Origin: Bellilinea caldifistulae | Lineage (GTDB): Bacteria; Chloroflexota; Anaerolineae; Anaerolineales; Anaerolineaceae | Direction: 5' to 3' | Length of the DNA stretch: 32,000 nucleotides | Assembly: GCF_001306055.1 (NCBI RefSeq) | Contig: NZ_LGHJ01000016.1 | Coordinates: 90,001 to 122,000, forward strand | Part shown: piece by piece, positions 1-9,157 of the stretch | Position numbering within the stretch: position 1 is the stretch's first letter | Layout of the letters: each line of letters begins with the position of its first letter | Notes under the pieces: generated by a model | The model's input: the letters and a program-made list of their open reading frames with translations, nothing else | Database searches by the model: none | What the model was told of the DNA's origin: nothing | Made by a program: the position numbers and the translations under genes

Positions 1-2616
1 GAATTATTGCAAAAGCGCGGAGGAACCGATCCAGAAGCAATTCAAAATGCTTTGAATACCTTTACGGAACAGGATTTCCGCGACCTGCAAATCTGGTGGA
101 ATCTAGTGTGGTTTGATCCGATGTTCCTCAATCAACCACCCTTGAAGGATTTAGTTGAGAAAGGGGAAAATTTTACTGAAGAGGATAAGGTGATTGTCTT
201 TCAAGAAGTGCGGCGGGTGATGGCGGAAATCATCCCTCTTCACCGGCAATTGCAGGAAGCCGGACAAATCGAAGTCACCACCACCCCTTACGCTCATCCG
301 ATTTTACCGTTGCTGATTGATACCAATTTGCAAGCAAAAGGCAACCCCGGTTCGGATTTGCCCCAAAAGTTTTCTTATCCACAAGATGCCTTGACTCACT
401 TGCAGCGCAGTGTTGCCCTGTATGAAGACAATTTTGGCCAACCGCCGCGTGGACTTTGGCCGGGTGAGGGAGCAGTGGCGCAAATCATGGTGCCGTTCGT
501 TTTGCGGGCCGGTTACTCTTGGATGGCAACAGGTGAACCCGTACTCGCAAAATCGCTAGGGCTGGATGGTTTCACCCGTGATAGTAAAGAAACCGTCAAT
601 CAGCCGGATGAACTCTACCGTCCCTATTACGTGACCAATCAGGCTGGTGATAAACTGGCGGTTTTCTTCCGCGATGGCGTCCTCTCGGACAAAATTGGCT
701 TTACTTACTCGGGCGTTTCAGGAACGGCAGCAGCCAAGGATCTAATCCAGAGATTGGAGAATATCCGTGCAAAGTTGAAAGAGCAAAATGCCGAGGGGCC
801 GCATGTTGTTTCAATTATTCTCGATGGAGAAAATGCCTGGGAGTATTACGATAATGACGGCATTGAATTTCTCAGCACTTTTTACCAACTGCTGTCTGAA
901 AGCAAAACCATTCGGACGATTACTCCCAGTGAATACATTCAAAAATTCCCCGACCAGCGGGTGATCCAAGACCTGTTCCCAGGAGCGTGGTTCAGCCCGA
1001 ATTACGATACCTGGATTGGCGAAGCGGAAGAGAATACCGCATGGGAATACCTGCGGCAAACCCGAGAAGTACTGGCAAAATATGACATTTCCAAAGTTCG
1101 TCAGGCACCTGTGGAAAAAGTTGAAACCGCCCTGGATTATATGCTGCTTGCCGAAGGTTCGGATTGGTTCTGGTGGTATGGGGCTGACCAGGACTCGGGT
1201 CAGGATGAATATTTTGATCTCGGCTTTCGTGAACTGTTACGCAAAGTATTTGAAACCCTTGATGAGCCGGTGCCGACGTTTGTTGATGTGCCGATCATTC
1301 AGGCACGCCCGGTGAGCGCCGAAACTCCTCTACAAGGTCTTTCCTCACCGGTCATTGATGGTGCTGTTGGGGCAGAGGAGTGGGACAAGGCAGCCTACTA
1401 CCCAGGTGGTGAAAATACTGTAATCGCAGGATTTGCTTATGCAATGGATGCCAATAACCTTTACCTTCGGGTTGATGCGGCAAGCGGCGGGGCTATGGCT
1501 CGCACTCTTGAAACGCCGGTGGTCATTTATTTACAGGATCGCCGCACCAAATCCAGTTACCCGTATACCCTATCTGAACCACCCGGTTTACTTGGTATGG
1601 CAGCCAGTTATGCCTTGGTCTGGGATGGCGGCGGGAATCTGACCCTTTACAAAGCAAGCGCGGAAAACTGGGTTGAGGGTGAATCCATAGGAGAAGCCGC
1701 TTCGAGCGCAGGCATCCTGGAGATTTCTTTGCCACTCACTCTGCTGGGTGAGTTTGAAACCGGTGATGAATACCGCTTTTTCATTGGGGTTGGTCCGAGT
1801 CAGTCCGTTTTCCCCCAAAAAGGACCTGCGCAATTTGTCATTCCGGATTTGGGCCTTTCAACGGTCTTGTTCGAGGTGGAGGATCCAGAAGGGGATGATT
1901 ACGGCCCGGGCACTTACACATACCCCACCGATGCGGTCTTTCAGAATAAAGCATTTGACCTTAAATCCTTCCGGGTGTCCTATGATGATAACAATTTAAT
2001 ATTCCGGATCGGTTTTTACGGACCGATTCCAAATCCGTGGGGCTCTCCAAATGGTCTGGCCATTCAAACCGTTGATATCTACATTGATCAAGACCCCGGC
2101 AATGGGACGGGTGCGCGTTTGTTGTTGCCCGGCCGAAATGCGGCTCTATCTCGCGGCAATGGATGGGAATATGCTCTCTGGCTGGAGGGGTGGACGCCGC
2201 AGGTGCTGATTCCGAAGAGTGATACTCTCGAACCGGTGCAGGCCAGCGAAATAAATATGAAGATCCTGGTTGATCCTGCTGCGCGGACGGTGACGGTGCG
2301 TGTTCCGCGCGCCGCGCTGGGGAGTGGGGATCCCTCCACATGGGGATTCGTCGTTACAGTCCTGGGACAGGAAGGATACCCCTCCGCTGGGGTGTGGAGA
2401 GTGCGGGATGTTGAGCAAAAATCAGCCCAATGGCGGTTTGGCGGGGCACCCAGCGATGGGCGGCGCAATCATACCCGCATCATTGACCTGATCTGGCCGG
2501 CTGACAGCCAGACCAGTCAGGAGGTGATGTTGAGCAGTACCTATTCGCCCAGTCAGGCCGATCCCGGCACTTTAACCGCTGATGACTTTGCACAGGTCGA
2601 GCTGCTCAGGCCGTAA
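1..2616 (+). CDS. Glycoside hydrolase family 57 alpha-glucan-active enzyme (amylase/amylopullulanase-like), 5'-truncated by the window edge, with a C-terminal glucodextranase-like module
   Basis: The frame is open from base 1. The TTG at 7 in the ORF track is unlikely to be the true start, because the N-terminal GH57 'HQP' block is absent. GH57 signature blocks are present: GQIEVTTTPYAHPILPLL, GLWPGEGAV, ILDGENAWEY, EGSDWFWWYG. The C-terminal ~250 aa carry EDPEGDDYGPGTYTYPTD...FDLKSFRV, typical of the glucodextranase C-terminal module. Confidence 0.85.
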   Translation, partial: ELLQKRGGTDPEAIQNALNTFTEQDFRDLQIWWNLVWFDPMFLNQPPLKDLVEKGENFTEEDKVIVFQEVRRVMAEIIPLHRQLQEAGQIEVTTTPYAHPILPLLIDTNLQAKGNPGSDLPQKFSYPQDALTHLQRSVALYEDNFGQPPRGLWPGEGAVAQIMVPFVLRAGYSWMATGEPVLAKSLGLDGFTRDSKETVNQPDELYRPYYVTNQAGDKLAVFFRDGVLSDKIGFTYSGVSGTAAAKDLIQRLENIRAKLKEQNAEGPHVVSIILDGENAWEYYDNDGIEFLSTFYQLLSESKTIRTITPSEYIQKFPDQRVIQDLFPGAWFSPNYDTWIGEAEENTAWEYLRQTREVLAKYDISKVRQAPVEKVETALDYMLLAEGSDWFWWYGADQDSGQDEYFDLGFRELLRKVFETLDEPVPTFVDVPIIQARPVSAETPLQGLSSPVIDGAVGAEEWDKAAYYPGGENTVIAGFAYAMDANNLYLRVDAASGGAMARTLETPVVIYLQDRRTKSSYPYTLSEPPGLLGMAASYALVWDGGGNLTLYKASAENWVEGESIGEAASSAGILEISLPLTLLGEFETGDEYRFFIGVGPSQSVFPQKGPAQFVIPDLGLSTVLFEVEDPEGDDYGPGTYTYPTDAVFQNKAFDLKSFRVSYDDNNLIFRIGFYGPIPNPWGSPNGLAIQTVDIYIDQDPGNGTGARLLLPGRNAALSRGNGWEYALWLEGWTPQVLIPKSDTLEPVQASEINMKILVDPAARTVTVRVPRAALGSGDPSTWGFVVTVLGQEGYPSAGVWRVRDVEQKSAQWRFGGAPSDGRRNHTRIIDLIWPADSQTSQEVMLSSTYSPSQADPGTLTADDFAQVELLRP

Positions 2617-2640
2617 AGTTTTTTGGATCGTTTAGCGGTT

Positions 2641-2674
2641 CTGCAAGGGCTTTGGTCAGTCAAAGCCCTTGCAG
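2641..2674 (+). terminator. Perfect 14-bp stem / 6-nt loop hairpin downstream of the GH57 gene
   Basis: CTGCAAGGGCTTTG-gtcagt-CAAAGCCCTTGCAG lies 25 nt after the stop codon. The trailing T-tract is weak (ATTT), so it may be an intrinsic terminator or only an RNA-stabilising hairpin. Confidence 0.5.
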
Positions 2675-2733
2675 ATTTGCAGGCGGTATTCAAGGAAACC
2701 CCACAACCAATTTTTTTCGGTTGTAAATCAAGG

Positions 2734-2742
2734 TGGTATACT
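2734..2742 (+). promoter_or_regulatory. Extended -10 element (TGgTATACT) upstream of the kinase gene
   Basis: TGGTATACT sits ~45 nt upstream of the ATG at 2788. No good -35 hexamer is present at 17 nt spacing. Confidence 0.3.
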
Positions 2743-2787
2743 GATTTTTACTCTTTAAAACCCAACCTTTTGTAGGCAAACGTAAAG

Positions 2788-4512
2788 ATGAGCGATCGAG
2801 GAAAAAATCAAATCACATTCATTAAACCGCGCGATGAGGTGGAAGTTCACCTGCCGGACGGCAGAGTGTTGCAGGGCAAACGGAACACACCGGTAGGTGA
2901 CTTTTTGAAAGCATTACCTGAATGGGATAATCCTTTAATTGTCGGAGCGATTGTCAATCATGAATTGCGGGAGTTGACCTACCCGATTACCATCGAATCC
3001 AAAGTTACCCCACTCACAATGACCAGCGCTGACGGGGCGCGCATCTACCGGCGTTCACTTACCTTCCTGCTGGAGGCGGCTTTTGAGGAGATTTTCCCAG
3101 ATGCGGTTTTAACCGTTGATCATTCGGTGACTTCCGGCGGGTATTACTGTCAGGTGGGAGGAAGAGACCCACTCACTGAGGGAGAATTAGAACGTTTGGA
3201 ATCTCGAATGCGGGAATTGGTTGAACAAGATTTACCATTTGAACGTTTGACGGTTCCGCTCAAAGAAGCCATTCAATATTTTGAATCCAAAGGGCATCAG
3301 GATAAGGTCAGTTTATTGAGATACCGGCATCGTGATACGCTGGTTTTATATCAACTGGGCTCACACCGCGATTATCATCACGGCTATATGGTGCCTTCCA
3401 CGGGCTATTTGCGCTGGTTTGGACTGCGAGCTATGGATGAGGGTTTTATCCTTCAATATCCACGTCGGCATGCTCCTAAGGAACTACTGCCCCTGCCGGA
3501 TTTCTCGATTCTGTTGAAGACCTTCAAGCAGTACGGGGCGTGGCTGGCTAATCTCGGCATTGACAGCGTTGGCGCCCTGAACGATGCCATTTCCACCAAT
3601 CGTATCCGTGAGATTATTCTGGTTTCGGAAGCTTTGCATGAACAGAAAATTGCCGAAATTGCCCGCGAGATTGTCCGGCGCGCTGATCAAAGCCGTATCA
3701 TTCTGATTGCCGGCCCGTCATCTTCCGGTAAAACCACCTTTGCAAAACGACTTTCAGTTCAATTATTGGCATATGGTTTATCTCCCTTTGCGCTGGAGAT
3801 GGACAATTATTTTGTGGATCGAGAATTCACTCCAAGGGATGAAAATGGAGATTATGATTTTGAAGCGCTGGAGGCGCTGGACATTCGCCGACTGGAACAT
3901 GACTTAACGAGGTTAATTCAAGGAGAGGAAGTTCAATTACCTCGTTTTGATTTCAGAGAGGGAAAAAGTTTTCCGGGAGAAGTTGTCCGGCTGGAGAAGG
4001 ATCAATTGGTGATTTTGGAGGGCATCCATGGCTTGAATCCGCGCCTGTTGCCCAATTTACCGACAGAACGAACTTTTCGGATTTATGTGTCCTGTTTGAC
4101 CCAATTAAACCTGGATCGTCACAATCGCATTTCCACAACCGATACACGCTTATTGCGAAGGATCGTGAGAGATGCCCGCGAGCGGGGCTATTCGGCTCAG
4201 GAAACCATAGGACGCTGGGAATCCGTGCGGCGGGGTGAAAAGAACTACATTTTCCCCTATCAGGAAAATGCCGATGAGATATTTAATTCTGCCTTGGTTT
4301 ACGAACTTTCTGCGCTAAAGCCGTTGGCAGAACCGTTATTGCGCCAGGTTCCTTATGGCACGCCGGAATATATTGAGGCCAAGCGGTTGTTGGCTTTCAT
4401 CGAATGGTTTTTACCACTCAATATGGACTTGATCCCGGATAATTCTATTTTGAGGGAATTCGTCGGGGGTTCAATTTTACGAGAGTTCAAAATCTGGCGT
4501 AAACCGGTATAA
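2788..4512 (+). CDS. Uridine/nucleoside kinase family P-loop protein with a long N-terminal ThrRS-like (TGS-type) extension
   Basis: The 574-aa ORF has a Walker A motif (LIAGPSSSGKTTFAKRL) followed by uridine-kinase / phosphoribulokinase-like blocks (LILEGIHGLNP, TTDTRLLRRIVRDARERG). The N-terminal ~280 aa resemble the TGS-containing extension seen in long 'uridine kinase-related' proteins. Confidence 0.75.
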   Translation: MSDRGKNQITFIKPRDEVEVHLPDGRVLQGKRNTPVGDFLKALPEWDNPLIVGAIVNHELRELTYPITIESKVTPLTMTSADGARIYRRSLTFLLEAAFEEIFPDAVLTVDHSVTSGGYYCQVGGRDPLTEGELERLESRMRELVEQDLPFERLTVPLKEAIQYFESKGHQDKVSLLRYRHRDTLVLYQLGSHRDYHHGYMVPSTGYLRWFGLRAMDEGFILQYPRRHAPKELLPLPDFSILLKTFKQYGAWLANLGIDSVGALNDAISTNRIREIILVSEALHEQKIAEIAREIVRRADQSRIILIAGPSSSGKTTFAKRLSVQLLAYGLSPFALEMDNYFVDREFTPRDENGDYDFEALEALDIRRLEHDLTRLIQGEEVQLPRFDFREGKSFPGEVVRLEKDQLVILEGIHGLNPRLLPNLPTERTFRIYVSCLTQLNLDRHNRISTTDTRLLRRIVRDARERGYSAQETIGRWESVRRGEKNYIFPYQENADEIFNSALVYELSALKPLAEPLLRQVPYGTPEYIEAKRLLAFIEWFLPLNMDLIPDNSILREFVGGSILREFKIWRKPV

Positions 4513-4541
4513 AGACGGGGTTGATTTCGCTCGAATCAAAA

Positions 4542-4564
4542 ACGAGCCGGTCAACGGCTCGTTA
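4542..4564. terminator. Bidirectional intrinsic terminator between convergent genes
   Basis: AACGAGCCG-gtcaa-CGGCTCGTT forms a 9-bp stem. An A-run precedes it (AAAAA) and TT/ATT follows it. It lies between the stops at 4512 (+) and 4594 (-). Confidence 0.6.
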
Positions 4565-4593
4565 TTGATTCGGATTCAGGGTTCTTTGTCGGG

Positions 4594-5838
4594 TTAAGCG
4601 CCCTGAAAAATTTTTTGATTGGCGCAAATTTCTTCTTTGAGCATTTTACCTAAACGAGCAATTCCCTCATTGATTTTTTCGGGAGTTGGATAAGAGAAAT
4701 TCAGGCGCATGGTATTTTTGCCACCGCCATTGGGATGGAAACTTTCACCGGGAACGTAAGCCACTTTATTCTTCACGGCGGCAGGGAAGAGCTCGGTTGC
4801 ATCGCACTGTTCTGGCAGGCGCAGCCAGAGGAACAAACCGCCTTGCGGATGGGTCCAGGTGACTCCCTCTGGCATGTGTTCTTCGAGGGCTTCCAACATG
4901 ACATCCCGTCGTTCTTTGTAAACCTGACAGATCTTCTTAACATGTTGATCCAGAAATCCATGCCGGCCGACCTCATAGGCAACGACCTGATTAAAGGTGG
5001 CTGTGTGCAAATCGGTGCCCTGTTTGGCCAGCACCAGTTTTCGGATAACCTCAGGCGGGGCGATGATCCATGCCAAACGGATGCCGGGAGCAAGGATTTT
5101 GGAAAATGTGCTCAGGTAGATCACATTGCCGGTATAATGGCCATTCTGAACGCGGGTTCGGGCATCAATTACCTCAACGGCAGGCAGGTGTTTTCCCTCA
5201 AAGCGCAGTTGACCGTAAGGATCATCTTCGACAATCGGTACCCCATAGCGATCCGCCATCTCCACCAGCTGTTCGCGCCTTTCGAGGGATATGGTAACTC
5301 CCATCGGATTCTGGAAGTTGGGTAGCACATAAATGAATTTCGGCCCGGCTCTCAATGCGCCTTCTATATCTTCGGTGACCATGCCATCGTCGTCGGTTCG
5401 GACGGTGACATACTCCGCTCCATAAGTATTCCATGCCTGTAACGCACCGAGATAGGTGGGTGATTCGACCAAAATTCGATCTCCGCGGTTGATGAACACC
5501 TTCCCGATCAGGTCTAATGCCTGTTGAGAGCCAGAGGTGATCATCACATTCTCGGCTGAAATCTGGATACCATAACGGCTGGTATGACGGGCAATCATCT
5601 CCCGAAGGGGGAGGTAGCCCTCAGTCGAACCATACTGAAGGGCAAAATCTCCCTGCTCGTTGAGAACTCGAATACAGGCTTCTTTGAATTCTTCAATGGG
5701 AAACACCTCAGGGGCGGGAAGACCCCCAGCAAACGAAATGACGTCCGGTTGTTCGGTTAATTTGAGCAACTCGCGGATGGCGGAAGCCTTGATTCGTTGC
5801 ATTCGCTGGGCGTAGCGGTGGTCCCAAAGGGTCTGCAT
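4594..5838 (-). CDS. PLP-dependent aminotransferase, class I/II (Aro8/LysN 2-aminoadipate-transaminase-like)
   Basis: The 414-aa ORF has an N-terminal SAIRELLKL block, a PLP-lysine context (STFSKILAPGIRLAW) and a C-terminal MRLNFSY block typical of COG1167-type aminotransferases. An AAGGAG SD lies 7 nt upstream of the ATG. Confidence 0.85.
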   Translation of the reverse strand: MQTLWDHRYAQRMQRIKASAIRELLKLTEQPDVISFAGGLPAPEVFPIEEFKEACIRVLNEQGDFALQYGSTEGYLPLREMIARHTSRYGIQISAENVMITSGSQQALDLIGKVFINRGDRILVESPTYLGALQAWNTYGAEYVTVRTDDDGMVTEDIEGALRAGPKFIYVLPNFQNPMGVTISLERREQLVEMADRYGVPIVEDDPYGQLRFEGKHLPAVEVIDARTRVQNGHYTGNVIYLSTFSKILAPGIRLAWIIAPPEVIRKLVLAKQGTDLHTATFNQVVAYEVGRHGFLDQHVKKICQVYKERRDVMLEALEEHMPEGVTWTHPQGGLFLWLRLPEQCDATELFPAAVKNKVAYVPGESFHPNGGGKNTMRLNFSYPTPEKINEGIARLGKMLKEEICANQKIFQGA

Positions 5839-5905
5839 ATTTTCACTCTCCTTGTTTATGGTGGAATAGGGTAGAGGCTTTTGGGCTGGATTTCTTTTAT
5901 AAAAT

Positions 5906-5940
5906 CACAAGGTGTACTGGATTTACCGGTACACCTTGTG
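5906..5940 (-). terminator. Intrinsic terminator after the SHMT-GcvT fusion gene
   Basis: CACAAGGTGTAC(TGG)-attta-(CCG)GTACACCTTGTG forms a 12-bp perfect stem, extendable to 15 bp. It lies directly after the stop at 5948. On the minus strand it is followed by ATTTTATAAAAG. Confidence 0.65.
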
Positions 5941-5947
5941 AACCACA

Positions 5948-8900
5948 CTATTTTGGAAAGCGGCTGATAATAACAGCCGCGCTGGGAAGCAACACCCGAT
6001 CTCCGGTTTTTAATTCGGCAGGGGGTTTGCCGGCAGTGGCAGGTGCCGATTGATAAATCCACAAGGGAGTTCCCTCCTCTGAGGATTTGGTTTCCACCAG
6101 CGCCTGCCCGGTGAGAAAACCCTCTGAATCAATCGCGCAACTGGTAACCACGCCAATGGTGCGTCCTTTTCGGTCAATGACCGGGTCTCCGAGATGAGCC
6201 ATTCGGACGCCCTTTTCGGTAAAGCGGAATCGAACGACTACACTATTGCGAGACTTCTCGCGCTCTAAATATGCCTCTCGTCCGATGAACCACGGCTTGT
6301 AGGTCTTGACATAACTGCCAAAACCGGCTTCCGCAACACCCAGATTCAACTGGCCGCCCATTTCATGTCCATAGAGAGGCAGGCCGGCTTCCGTACGCAA
6401 CGAGTCACGTGCGCCCAACCCACAGGGTTTCAAGCCCATCGGTTTACCTGCATCCAGCAGGGCCTGCCAAAGCTGAGCAGCCTGATCGGGATGGACGAAT
6501 AACTCAAACGCCATTTTTTCGCCGGTGTAGCCGGTGCGGGAGACGACCAGATCAATGCCGCCGATAACGGCTTCACACAATTCGGTGCGCTTGAGAGCCA
6601 TGATGCGCCGGCGGGTTTCGGTATCCGTCCCGAGGGACAGCAAAATATCCCGCGACTTGGGTCCTTGCAAAGCTATATCCACACGCATGTCCTTGCCCTC
6701 GTTAGGGTCGCGCAGGTTGCGGAGGATCACGTTTCGTCCAAAAGCGCGCGCCCACGGGCGCTGACGATCTACCATGACCTCTCCATTGCGGACTGCGTTG
6801 AGCCATGCCCAGTCTTTATCATCATTGGCGGCATTGACCACAATCAGGTATTTTTGGGCGGAGCGGCGGTACACCAGCAGGTCATCAATTACGTTGGCGT
6901 TGGGATCCAGGAAGTGAGTGTAACAAGATTCGCCGACTTCAAGAGCGGAGATGTCGTTGCCACAAACACAATCCAGAAATACGCCCGCATCCGGGCCTTC
7001 GGCCTGATAAACGCCCATGTGTGCCACATCGAATAATCCGGCTGCCTGACGGGTTGCCAGATGTTCCTCCACCACTGAGGTGTACCAGACCGGCATCTCC
7101 CATCCGGCAAATGGTATCAGCTTCGCCCCTAATTGCTTGTGGATTTCGTACAAGGGGGTTCGGCGGAGTTGATCGGGTTCCTTCTCCTCCCACTGGAAAA
7201 CGGGCAATGGTTCACCCTGAGTTTCGGGTTTAATTCCAATGTAATAAGGTTTTCGGTGGCTCTCACCAGATTTCCCTGCCGAGGTTACGGCATTATCGGT
7301 AGATTCGGTCACATAGATTGGACCCGGGGTGCGGCGGAGTAAATCGTCATCGAATTTGACGTAGCCATCTGAAAGATCACGTAGCCAGGCAGCAACCAGC
7401 CCGGCTTTTTCCACCGGTAGACTGAGACGAAAGTGTTCAACACCCACGCACGTCAGGATGCCTGGTACTTCTGCCGATGGTGTGATCAGGGATGTGGATT
7501 GGGACTCACCCGGCTTCAAATCTTCACTATCAGCAGTAAAAACATAATTGACAAAGGTGCGGATCCCACGCCCTTTCAGGTCATAGGCCGTCCAGCCATT
7601 TTTGCTTTGAGCCTGATCATCCATGAAGAAGAAATGGGGGTAACCGTGGCGGGAGGTTTCCTGATCAATGCCGGCATTCTCTGCTAAAGTACGGACTCGG
7701 ATCTTGGCGTCTTCCAAAACATCAAAACTGATCTTGGCACGGATGGCATCCCCTTTGCGTGTTTCAAGGGAATAGGGTTGGATGGCCAGCAAGACATCCG
7801 CCATAATATCGGCGATTTTAACCATCTCGGCTTCTTTCATGCCGCGCTGGGTCACCCAGGGTGTACCGTAGCGAATGCCGGAGGCATTCAGGGCGGTTTT
7901 ATCACCCGGAATGGTGTTGCGGTTCAAGACAATACCGGCAATATCCAGGATTCGGGCAGCCAAATCACCCGAAAGTGGGGTGCCATCTTTGCCAACGATG
8001 GTCTTACAGTCCACATTGCCCAGATGGGTATCGCTTCCCCCATAAGGGATGCGTAAGCCGCGTTCCATCAATCTTTGGGTGAGCGCCAGACAGTTTTTGA
8101 CAATCTGGTGCTGTAATTCTCGGAAGGTATCGGTTCTGGCAATTTTTAGGGCGGTGGCAAGAGCGGCAATGGCATGCATATGCGGCCCGCCTTGCTCGCC
8201 GGGGAAGACTGCCCGGTCAATTTTGCGAGCAATGCCGCTGTCGTGGGTCAGGATCACGGCGCTGCGTGGGCCCATCAAGGTCTTGTGGGTTGTGAAGGTC
8301 ACCACCTGAGCGATTCCAACTGGAGAAGGAATTGCTCCACCGGCAATTAAGCCGGCGATGTGGGAAACATCAGCCAGTAAAACCGCTCCAACGGAGTCGG
8401 CAATGGCGCGAAAACGTGACCAATCCGGCACCCATGGGTAAGAAGAATAGCCAGCGATGATCAATTTTGGTTTATGTTCCTGCGCAAGAGCCTCAACGGC
8501 GTCGTAATCAATCTGTTCGGTTTGCGGATTGACATTGTAGTGGATGACGTTGTAAAGTTTTCCCGAACGGTTGACCGATGAACCATGGGTTAAGTGTCCA
8601 CCATGCAGAAGGTTCATGCCAAGTATGGTATCGCCGGGGTTGATCAGGGCATGATAAACAGCATTGTTAGCCGGTGCGCCGGAAAGAGGTTGAACATTAA
8701 CGTACAATTGGTCGGCAGATACACGGGGGGTCGCAAAGACTTCCGCGCATCGGCGGCGCGCAAGGGATTCGATGATGTCGGCGTATTCAACGCCTTTGTA
8801 GTATCGCGGGTCGGAATAGCGTCGGTAATGAGAAAGACGGGCGGTGTAATCGAGAATCTCGTCCTCGCTCATCCAGCGAGTTTCTTCATCCGGGTAACCT

Positions 8901-9076
8901 TCAGCGTACAAGTTTTGAAAAACCGAGCCGAGGGCTTCGCGGACTGCCAGTGGTGCGGTGCTTTCACTGGGAATGAGGATTAGTTTGCGAAACTGGCGCT
9001 CCGTTTCAATCTGAATGAGGTCATAAACGGCAGGATCAACGTCCTTTAACGCGCCACGAATCAGGTAATCAGCCAT
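5948..9076 (-). CDS. Fusion protein: divergent serine hydroxymethyltransferase (N-terminal) + unassigned ~150-aa module + aminomethyltransferase / glycine cleavage T-protein (C-terminal)
   Basis: SHMT blocks: IPSESTAP, YAEGYP, LHGGHLTHGS, and TFTTHKTLMGPRS with the PLP lysine at ~aa 265. GcvT blocks from ~aa 638: RRTPLYEIHKQLGAKLIPFAGWEMPVWY, GLFDVAHMG, SRTGYTGE, GLGARDSLRTEAGLPLYGHE. It is one uninterrupted 1042-codon frame. An AGGAG SD lies 7 nt upstream of the ATG. Confidence 0.9.
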   Translation of the reverse strand: MADYLIRGALKDVDPAVYDLIQIETERQFRKLILIPSESTAPLAVREALGSVFQNLYAEGYPDEETRWMSEDEILDYTARLSHYRRYSDPRYYKGVEYADIIESLARRRCAEVFATPRVSADQLYVNVQPLSGAPANNAVYHALINPGDTILGMNLLHGGHLTHGSSVNRSGKLYNVIHYNVNPQTEQIDYDAVEALAQEHKPKLIIAGYSSYPWVPDWSRFRAIADSVGAVLLADVSHIAGLIAGGAIPSPVGIAQVVTFTTHKTLMGPRSAVILTHDSGIARKIDRAVFPGEQGGPHMHAIAALATALKIARTDTFRELQHQIVKNCLALTQRLMERGLRIPYGGSDTHLGNVDCKTIVGKDGTPLSGDLAARILDIAGIVLNRNTIPGDKTALNASGIRYGTPWVTQRGMKEAEMVKIADIMADVLLAIQPYSLETRKGDAIRAKISFDVLEDAKIRVRTLAENAGIDQETSRHGYPHFFFMDDQAQSKNGWTAYDLKGRGIRTFVNYVFTADSEDLKPGESQSTSLITPSAEVPGILTCVGVEHFRLSLPVEKAGLVAAWLRDLSDGYVKFDDDLLRRTPGPIYVTESTDNAVTSAGKSGESHRKPYYIGIKPETQGEPLPVFQWEEKEPDQLRRTPLYEIHKQLGAKLIPFAGWEMPVWYTSVVEEHLATRQAAGLFDVAHMGVYQAEGPDAGVFLDCVCGNDISALEVGESCYTHFLDPNANVIDDLLVYRRSAQKYLIVVNAANDDKDWAWLNAVRNGEVMVDRQRPWARAFGRNVILRNLRDPNEGKDMRVDIALQGPKSRDILLSLGTDTETRRRIMALKRTELCEAVIGGIDLVVSRTGYTGEKMAFELFVHPDQAAQLWQALLDAGKPMGLKPCGLGARDSLRTEAGLPLYGHEMGGQLNLGVAEAGFGSYVKTYKPWFIGREAYLEREKSRNSVVVRFRFTEKGVRMAHLGDPVIDRKGRTIGVVTSCAIDSEGFLTGQALVETKSSEEGTPLWIYQSAPATAGKPPAELKTGDRVLLPSAAVIISRFPK

Positions 9077-9157
9077 TGAAACTCTCCTCTTAATCCATTG
9101 GATAGATTGTTAAGTTGCAGCGCAGCCGTGCCCAAGCGGTGCACCGCGTCCATGATT

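Noticed and set aside
9077-9157. Possible glycine riboswitch in the leader of the SHMT-GcvT gene, since gcvT genes are often glycine-riboswitch controlled
   Set aside because: With the TTGACC-N17-TACAAT promoter the leader is only ~75 nt, too short for even a single glycine aptamer. I could not find the conserved GGAGAG...CACCG / ACCGAAGGGGCAA-type blocks on the minus strand. Only a short GCGGTGCACCGC palindrome and the SD are present.
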